Assembly (NCBI GenBank): GCA_051294375.1
Contig: JBJCIZ010000907.1
Coordinates: 1 to 10,011 of the forward strand
Source of the DNA: Paraspadella gotoi
Lineage: Eukaryota > Animalia > Chaetognatha
Length of the DNA: 10,011 nt
Direction: 5' to 3'
Positions 1-7,695 of this stretch are shown here, in pieces. The first letter of the stretch is position 1, and each line of letters begins with the position of its first letter. A program made the translations under genes and the position numbers. The notes below the pieces were generated by a model. That model worked only from the letters and a program-made list of their open reading frames with translations. It ran no database searches and had not been told where the DNA came from.

Positions 1-1163
1 ACCGGCAAACGATTTTTCCATTGTAAAAAGAGATAAAAAAACCGATAAACGACTTTTATAATGTAAAAAGAGATAATAACGTTAAAAACACCAGCAAACG
101 ACTTTTACAAAGAGATAAAAACTTTAAAAACAAGGAAAAACGCTTTTTCCAATTTAAAAAGAGATAAAAACGTTAAAAACTTTGGCAAACGATTTTTCCA
201 AAAAAAAAAAGAAATAAAACCGTTGAAAAACCCGTCAAACGACTATTCCTATGTAAAAAAAGCTAAAAACGTTAAAGACATCGAAAAACGACTTTGTAAA
301 AAAAGAAGAAAACGTTAAAAACACGGAAAAACGACTTTTCCGTTTCCCTTTCCTATGTAAAAAGAGCTAAAAACGTTAAAAACACCAGAAAACGACTTTT
401 CCAATGTGAAAAGAGATGAAAACGTTAAAAACACCGAAAAACGTCTTTTCCATTGTAAAAAAGGATAAAAAGGTTGAAAACACCAGAAAACAACTTCTTC
501 AATAAGGAGATAAGGAGATTAAATACACCAGAAAACGACTTTTTCTCTGTGAAAAGATATGAAAGCCTACTTTTCAAAAAAAAAACAGAAAACGATTTTT
601 TCGCAATGTAAAAAGAGAATAAAAAATTTAAAAAAAAACGGCAAAGCGTTTTTTCCAATGTAAAAAGAGTTAAAAAACACCGATAACACGACTTTCTCTA
701 AAAGTAAAAAGTGATAAAAACGTTAAATACACGGCAGACGACATTTCCAAAGGATCCCAACACTTTCTTAAAAACAACAGAACAGAACGCTTTTCCAATG
801 CTAAAAAAAGATATAAAAGAGATAATTAATCTTACACAACACCGGGCAGACGGACGATGTGTCGGCAAGTGGTAAAGAATAGGAGTAAAAACGGTTGAAA
901 GAACACGAGCCACTAGTAGAGTAATATCTTTTCTTGTTTCCAATATAAAAAGTGAAATATTGAGAATTTTAAAAAACGGCGGCACAAGCGATTGCTTCCA
1001 GGGATGTAAAAGAGTTAAAAAACACCGATAAACGACGTTTTCTAATGTACAAACAGTGATAAAAACGTTTATAAATACAGCCTGGCAGACGACATTTCGA
1101 CAAGCGAGTCATAAAAACTTTAGAAGAGAAACAAAGAAAAACGCTTTTCTAGATGTCAAAAGA
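1..1163 (-). repeat. Satellite array of ~49-bp monomers, inverted (A-rich) orientation; runs off the left edge
   Basis: Recurrent AATGTAAAAAGAGATAAAAACGTTAAAAACACCAGAAAACGACTTTTCC-like units, the reverse complement of the downstream monomer. The reverse complement of 1-250 closely matches 3829-4078. Becomes indel-rich from ~540. Confidence 0.95.
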
Positions 1164-1563
1164 AGTTTGCTGAAGTAGTTTTTAACGGTATTTTATATCT
1201 TTTTGTTATACAATCTGGGAAATGTCCGTCTTGTCGTGAGAAATTGTTAAGCGTTTTTATCTCTTTTTACATGGCAAAAGCGTTTTTCTCTCTTGTTTTT
1301 TAAAGTTGTTCTATCGTCCTTTGGAAATGTCGGCTGTATTTAATTTACCATTTAGTTAGAAAGTCGTTTATACCGTGTTTTTTAAACGTCTTTTGTACAT
1401 CTGGAAAACTGTTTGCCCGTTTTTTGTTAAAGTTTTTATTCTACTTTTTATACATTGGAAAAAAATCGTTTTGCTGTATCTTGTAAAGTTTTGCATATCG
1501 TTTTACCACAGAACAAAGATCGTTGTTGCTGGTGTAAGTCTTAAAACGGTTTGTTATCTATGT

Positions 1564-1757
1564 GCGAGTGAGAGAAAGCTATACATAATAATTGAAAAGA
1601 GAAAAGAGAGAGAGAAGGAGAGCTAAAAATAAAAGAGAGGAAATTTTTGTATGCAGAATATACTCTAGTACGAAAAACCCCGAAACCGTTATTAAAGAAG
1701 ATACAAATATTAAAATAACTGTCCCTCACAAACCAATTATAACGAGACAGTCCTCGA
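1564..1757 (+). repeat. GA-rich spacer module, noisy copy
   Basis: GAGTGAGAGAAAGCTA...GAAAAGAGAAAAGAGAGAGAGAAGGAGA...AATAAAAGAGAGGAAATTT...AATAACTGTCCCTCAC...CCTCGA. Confidence 0.85.
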
Positions 1758-2578
1758 GGACTGCATAGCGGATGTATAGATGTGAGCTATATATGTTAGA
1801 TATCGATGCATGAGCGAAGTCTATTTGGTAGTCTACTAATTTCTTGTTATTCTTTGAGAATTATCCGTTTTCCGGTGTTAGTCTACGTTTTATCTGCTTT
1901 TTACATTGAAGTCAAACACGACATCATGCCCGTCTTCTAGACTGTATGTGTGATGTGAAGTGGATATACTCTATCTCAGCTATAGATAGGATCGTACCGT
2001 GCGACGCATGTCAACCTTTATTATCTTTTCTATTTACAATGGAAAAGACGTTTATTCGGTGTTTTTAAACGTTTTCCATCTCTTTTCACATTGGAAAGAG
2101 TCGTTTCTGGTGTTTTTCTAACGTTTCTTAGCTTTTTTTGCATAGGAAAAGTCGTTTGAAACCGGGTTTTTGCACGGTTTTATTTCTTTCTTTATTGGAA
2201 CAAGTCGTTGCCAAAGTTTTTAACGTTTTTTATACTCGTTATTTCTACACAGGGAAAAACAGCGTTTCTCTCTAACTGTTTATTAAAGTTTTTACTTCGC
2301 GAAAAGTCGACTGTTGCTGGTCTGGTTCTTGTAAACGTTATTGATCTCGTTTTACATTAAATGATAAAGTCGCATTATCGGTTTTTTTTTATCTCTTTTA
2401 ATTGCGAAAAATATTTTGCCCGTTTTCTTTTTAAAGTTTTGCTATTTGTTTTTGGTAACTATGTGGTAGCAAAAATCGTTTTACCTGTTAATTTTTCAAA
2501 GCTTTTTCAATACTCTTTTTAAGAAAATAAAGGCTCGTTTATGCTGGATGTAATTTAAAGTTTTTCTTCTACTCTATT

Positions 2579-2743
2579 GAGAGTGAGAGAAAAGCTACAT
2601 AAACATATAGAAAGAGAAAGAGGGAGAGAAGGAGACATACAAATCAAACAAGAGAGGAATTTGTTTGTTTTTTTTGATAAAAAGATAAAAACAATACTTA
2701 ATAACTGTCCCTCACCAGCCAATTTAAACAACCTCGAGATGAA
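2579..2743 (+). repeat. GA-rich spacer module, noisy copy
   Basis: GAGAGTGAGAGAAAAGCTACATAAA...GAAGGAGACAT...AGAGAGGAATTTGTTT...AATAACTGTCCCTCACC...AACAACCTCGA. Confidence 0.9.
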
Positions 2744-3205
2744 GTCATATTTGGCAGAAGTATTTTTAAACGTTTTATTCCTTTTTCTTTGAAATTATCG
2801 TTTTCAGCGAGTGTTTTAGATTTTTTATCGCTCTTTTACATTTGAGTAAAAGGGCGTTTTCGTCTCTTTGTTTTAAAGTTTGTTATAGCTTCTAAGTGGA
2901 AAAGCGTTTCTTCCCGGTTTATTTAATCGTTTATATATCTCTTTTTTACACTGTAGAATAAGTCGTTTATCTTCGGTGTTTTTTAAAAAACTTTTTTCAT
3001 TTGAAAAGATACTCCGTTTGAGCTGTTTTTATAACGAGTTTTAATTTCGCTTTTTAATTGGAAAAAACGTTTCAATGTTTTAAGCAGTTTTCATCCATCT
3101 TTTTACAGGAAAAAGAGAGCGTTTTTTTTCTTTTTTTAGAAGTTGTTTATCTCGTCACTTGAAAAAGTCCGATTTGCGCCCTGGTGTTTTTAACGCTTAT
3201 TGATC

Positions 3206-3230
3206 NNNNNNNNNNNNNNNNNNNNNNNNN
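3206..3230. other. Assembly gap, 25 N
   Basis: Run of exactly 25 N. Confidence 0.99.
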
Positions 3231-3413
3231 TTAGAAAAGTCATTTATCGGTTTTTTTTATCTCTTTTACATTGGAAAAATATTTTGCCCGTTTTTTTAAA
3301 GTTTTTATTTGTTTTTACATTGGAAAAAATCGTTTTCTGTTATTTTCAAAGTTTTCATATCTTTTTAAGAAATAAAGTCGTTTTCTGGTGTATTTAAGTT
3401 TTTATCTATTGAG

Positions 3414-3681
3414 NNNNNNNNNNNNNNNNNNNNNNNNNNNNNNNNNNNNNNNNNNNNNNNNNNNNNNNNNNNNNNNNNNNNNNNNNNNNNNNNNNNNNNN
3501 NNNNNNNNNNNNNNNNNNNNNNNNNNNNNNNNNNNNNNNNNNNNNNNNNNNNNNNNNNNNNNNNNNNNNNNNNNNNNNNNNNNNNNNNNNNNNNNNNNNN
3601 NNNNNNNNNNNNNNNNNNNNNNNNNNNNNNNNNNNNNNNNNNNNNNNNNNNNNNNNNNNNNNNNNNNNNNNNNNNNNNNNN
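3414..3681. other. Assembly gap, 268 N, probably hiding one GA-rich spacer plus two monomers
   Basis: The left flank ends in TATCTATTGAG (spacer start) and the right flank begins TTGAAAAAAGCG, the monomer found two units after the spacer in intact copies. Confidence 0.9.
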
Positions 3682-3780
3682 TTGAAAAAAGCGTTTTTCT
3701 TTGTTTTTAAAGTTTTTATCCTTTTTACAATGGAAAAGACGTTTTTCGGTCTATTTAACGTTTTCATCTTTTTTCACATT

Positions 3781-4433
3781 GGAAAAGTCGTTTTCTGGTG
3801 TTTTTAACGTTTTTAGTTTTTTTTCAAAGGCATAGTCGTTTGACTGGTTTTTCAACGGTTTTATTTCTTTTTTTATTGGAAAAGACGTTTGCCAAAGTTT
3901 TTAACGTTTTTATCTCTTTTTACATTGGAAAAAGCGTTTTTCTTCTTTTTTAAAGTTTTTATCTCTTTGAAAAAGTCGTTTGCTGGTGTTTTTAACGTTA
4001 TTATCTCTTTTTACATTAGAAAAGTCGTTTATCGGTTTTTTTTATCTCTTTTTACATTGGAAAAATCGTTTGCCGGTGTTTTTAACGTATTCATCTCTTT
4101 TCACATTGGAAAAGTCGTTTTCTGGTGTTTTTAACGTTTTTAGCTTTTTTTCATAGGAATAGTCGTTTGACGGGTTTTTCAACGGTTTTATTTCTTCTTT
4201 TATTGGAAAAGTCGTTTGCCAAAGTTTTTAACGTTTTTATCTCTTTTTACATTGGAAAAAGCGTTTTTCTTTGTTTTTAAAGTTTTTATCTATTTTGAAA
4301 AGTCGTTTGCTGGTGTTTTTAACGTTACTATCTCGTTTTACATTAGAAAAGTCATTTATCGGTTTTTTTTATCTCTTTTACAGTGGAAAAATCGTTTGCC
4401 GGTTTTTTTAAAGTTTTTATTTCTTTTTATATT
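3781..4433 (+). repeat. Two tandem copies of a 327-bp, 7-monomer higher-order repeat
   Basis: Matching variant monomers are offset by 327 bp: 3781/4108, 3829/4156, 3878/4205, 3927/4254, 4018/4345. Confidence 0.85.
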
Positions 4434-4803
4434 GGAAAAGAAGTTTGTTAGGGTTTTTAACGTTTTTATCTTTTTTTACATTGGAAATGTCATCTGCCGG
4501 TGTATTTAACGTTTTTATCTCTTTTATATTGGAAAAAGCGTTTTTCTTTGTTTTTAAAGTTTTTATCTCTTTGGAAAAGTCGTTTGCTGGTGTTTTTAAC
4601 GTTATTATCTCTTTTTACATTAGAAAAGTCGTTTATCGTTTTTTTTATATCTCTTTTTACATTGGAAAAATCGTTTGCCGGTTTTTTAAATTTTTTTTTT
4701 TTATTTGAAAAGAAGTTTGCTTGTGTTTTAAACGTTTTTTTCTCTTTTTACATGGGAAATGTCGTCTGCCGGTGTATTTAACGTTTTTATCTCTTTTTAC
4801 AAT
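4254..4803 (+). repeat. Two tandem copies of a ~277-bp, 6-monomer higher-order repeat
   Basis: Matching variants at 4254/4531, 4296/4573 and 4345/4622 (offset 277), and 4483/4755 (offset 272). Confidence 0.8.
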
Positions 4804-4968
4804 GGAAAAGTCGTTTGTCGATGTTTTTAACCTTTTTATCTCTCGGTGTTGTTAACGCATTTATTTCTTTTTACATTGAAAAAAATCGTTTTCTGTTATT
4901 TTTAAAGTTTTCATATCTTTTTACAGAGGAAAAGTCGTTTTATGGTGTTTTTAACGTTTTTATCTATT

Positions 4969-5119
4969 GAGAGTGAGAGAAAGCTACATAAAATTGAAAG
5001 AGAAAAGAGAGAGAGAAGGAGACATGAAAATAAAAGAGAGGAAATTTGTTTGTTTTGATAAAACGTAAAATAACATATTTAATAACTGGCCTCACCCAAT
5101 TTTAACAACCTCGATGATG
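4969..5119 (+). repeat. GA-rich spacer module, cleanest copy (~145-150 bp)
   Basis: Non-monomer sequence from GAGAGTGAGAGAAAGCTACAT to CCTCACCCAATTTTAACAACCTCGATGATG, with a 27-nt pure purine tract at 4996-5022. Confidence 0.92.
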
Positions 5120-5707
5120 TTATTTGCAGAAGTTTTTAACGTTTTTATTTCTTTTTTCTTTGAAATTATCGTTTTCTGGTGTTTTCTACGTTTTATCTTT
5201 TTTACATTGTAAAAAGCGTTTTTCTTTGTTTTTAAAGTTTTTATCTCTTTAATGAAGAGGTTGTTTTCTGGTGTTTTCAACCTTTTTATCCTTTTTTACA
5301 ATGGAAAAGACGTTTTTCGGTGTTTTTAACATTTTCATCTTATTTCACATTGGAAAAGTCGTTTTCTGGTGTTTTTAACGTTTTTAGCTCTTTCTTCACA
5401 CTAGGAAAGGAAGAAGGACAAGCAGTTTATTCTCTAAAGTGTCTTTCAACGTTTCAATATCCTTTTTACACAAGCAAAAGTCGTTTTTTGATGTTTAACG
5501 TTTTTATAGCTTTTTTACATAGAATAAGCTCGTTTGATTCGCGTTTTTTACAACCTGTTTTTTACTTATTGGAATAAGTCTTGTGCCAGTTTTCTACAAG
5601 TTTTATATCTTTTTACATTGGAAAAATCCTTTGTTTTCCTATGTTTTAAAGTTTTATATCTTTTTTGGAGAAAGTCGTGTTTTTGGAGTTTTTAACGTTT
5701 ATCTATT

Positions 5708-5826
5708 GTGAGTGAAACTATAGTTACAAGAGAGAGAAAGGAGATCGTTAAAATAGAGGGAAATTTTTTTGTATTTTTAAGTATTTACAACTTACCACAT
5801 CGTGCAATTTTTTAACAACCGATGTT
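5708..5826 (+). repeat. GA-rich spacer module, degraded/deleted copy
   Basis: TCTATTGTGAGTGAAACTA...AGAGAGAAAGGAGA...GAGGGAAATTTT...TTAACAACCGATG. Confidence 0.7.
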
Positions 5827-6161
5827 TATGTTTTTATATTGCAAAAGAAGTATTTACTGTTTTTAAACGTTTTTTTATTCTTTTTACTTGAAAATATCGT
5901 CTCGGTGTTTTAAATTTTTATCTTTTTACATTGGAAAAAAGCGTTTTTCTTTGTTTTTAAAGTTGTTATCTCTTTGGAAATTTCGTCTGCCGGTGTATTT
6001 AACGTTTTTATTCACTTTTTACTTTAGAAAAGTCGTTTATCGGTGTTTTTTATTCTTTTTTACATTGGAAAAAATCAGTTTTCTTTTATTTTCTTAAAGT
6101 TTTCATATCTTTTTACAGAGAAAAAGTCGTTTTCTGGTGTATTTAAGCGTTTTTATCTATT

Positions 6162-6300
6162 GAGAGTGAGAGAAAGCTAATAAAATTAAAGAGAAAAGAG
6201 AGAGAGAAGGAGACATAAAATAAAAGAGAGGAAATTTGTTTGTTTTGATAAAAAAGAATATTTAATAACTCCTCACCCAATTTTAACAACCTCGATGATG
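6162..6300 (+). repeat. GA-rich spacer module
   Basis: Very similar to 4969-5119, with small deletions. Confidence 0.92.
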
Positions 6301-6639
6301 TTATTTGCAGAAGTATTTAACGTTTTTATTTCTTTTTTCTTTGAAATATCGTTTTCCGGTGTTTTTAGAAATTTTTTATCTCTTTTTACATTGGAAAAAG
6401 CGTTTTTTTTCTTTGTTTTAAAGTTTTATCTCTTATGGAAGAGTTGTTGTCTTCTTGGTATTTCGAAACGTTTTTTTATACCTTTTTTAATGAAAGACGT
6501 TTTTCGGTGCTTTTACGTTTTTATATTTTTTGACATTGGAAAAGGTTCGTTTTTTGTTTTTAATAGTTTTTTATGGTTTTTTTCATGTGAAAAGAATAAA
6601 GGAAAAGTCGTTTTCGGTATTTTTAACGTTTTTATCTAT

Positions 6640-6765
6640 AAGAAAAGGCTACATAATTAAAACAAAGAGAGAAGTACGTTGGTCTAAATAGAGTTTAAAA
6701 AATCTTGTTTTGCTTTTGATAATAGGATATTAAAGTTGCCTACCGTCCATTTTGACATACGCGTA
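6640..6765 (+). repeat. GA-rich spacer module, highly degraded copy
   Basis: Follows the usual TTTATCTAT, contains AGAAAAGGCTACATAATT...AAAGAGAGAAG and is followed by TTATTTGCACGAG; the middle aligns poorly. Confidence 0.55.
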
Positions 6766-7539
6766 TTATTTGCACGAGTTTTAAGTTTTCTAATTTTTTT
6801 ATTGTCGAAATTCGTTTTCGGCGGGCAAGGCTGTATTTAACAAGTTATTATAGTCTCCTTTTACATTGGAAAAAGCGTTGTTTCTTTGTTTTAAAGTTTT
6901 ATCTCTTTGGAAAAGTTGTTCTGCGGTGTATTTAACGTGTTTTATCACTTTTTACATAGGAATGTCGTCTGCCCTCTATATTTAATCCTTTTATTCTTTT
7001 TACATTAGAAAAGTCGTTAATTACCGGTGTTTTTTTTATCTCTTTTACATTGTGAAAAATCATTTTGCCGGTTTGTTTTTAAAGTTTTTATCTCTTTATA
7101 TTGAAAAAGAAAAGTTTGGCTAGTGTTTTTTTAACGGTTTTTATCTTTTTTACCTGGAAATGTCGGTCCTGCGGGTATTTAACGTTTTTAATCTCTTTTT
7201 ACATTGGAAAAGTGTTTGTCGATGTTTTTACTCTTTGTCTCTTTTTTATATGAAAAAGTTATTGCGAAATTGTTTTAACGTTTTATTTTTTTTTACATTG
7301 AAAATTTGTTTGCCTATATGTTTTCTACGAGTTTTTGATCTCTTTACATTTGGAAAAAGCGGTTTTTTTCTTTGTTCTAAAGTTTTATTCTTTTTATATT
7401 GGAAAAGTCGTTTGTCGGTGTTTTTAACTTATTTATTTCTTTTTATCATGAAAAAATCGTTTTTCTGTTATTTGTTTACGTTTTCTTATCTTTTTACAAA
7501 GGAAAAAGTCGTTCTGGTGTTTTTAATGTTTTTATCCTT

Positions 7540-7695
7540 GGGTGGATATATATTTATAATTAAGGAAGCGAAAAGAGTAAGAGAGAGGAAGACATAAATA
7601 ATAAAAGAGAGGAAATTAATGTTTGTTAGGAAATAAAATGTAATAAAAACATATTTCATAACTGTCTTCACGCCAATTAAACAACCTCGATGATG
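7540..7695 (+). repeat. GA-rich spacer module, 5'-degraded copy
   Basis: GAGAGAGGAAGACATAAATAATAAAAGAGAGGAAATT...ATAACTGTCTTCACGCCAATTAAACAACCTCGATGATG. Confidence 0.8.

Noticed and set aside
1140-1270. PacBio SMRTbell adapter remnant at the inversion, or the GA spacer being adapter
   Set aside because: No CCTCCTCCTCCGTTGTTGTTG-like core is seen on either strand. The spacer is ~150 bp, sits in a fixed context and occurs in clean sequence with no strand flip. This does not exclude other chimera types.
1740-2012. Apparently unique, higher-GC insert
   Set aside because: Expected HOR landmarks remain in order (CCTCGA, GAATTATCCGTTTTCCGGTG, TTTTTACATTG, TCAACCTTT, ACAATGGAAAAGACG). It is best explained as satellite with insertion-error bursts.
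4996-5022. LTR-retrotransposon polypurine tract
   Set aside because: No adjacent TG...CA LTR, primer-binding site or gag/pol remnant.
5104-5265. 9-bp inverted repeat AACAACCTC / GAGGTTGTT
   Set aside because: Other copies read GAAGTTGTT at the second site, so it is not conserved and is probably chance.
3682-5400. CRISPR-like array (partly palindromic repeats at regular spacing)
   Set aside because: Units are head-to-tail with no unique spacers, the variable parts themselves recur in HOR order, and no cas genes or leader are present.
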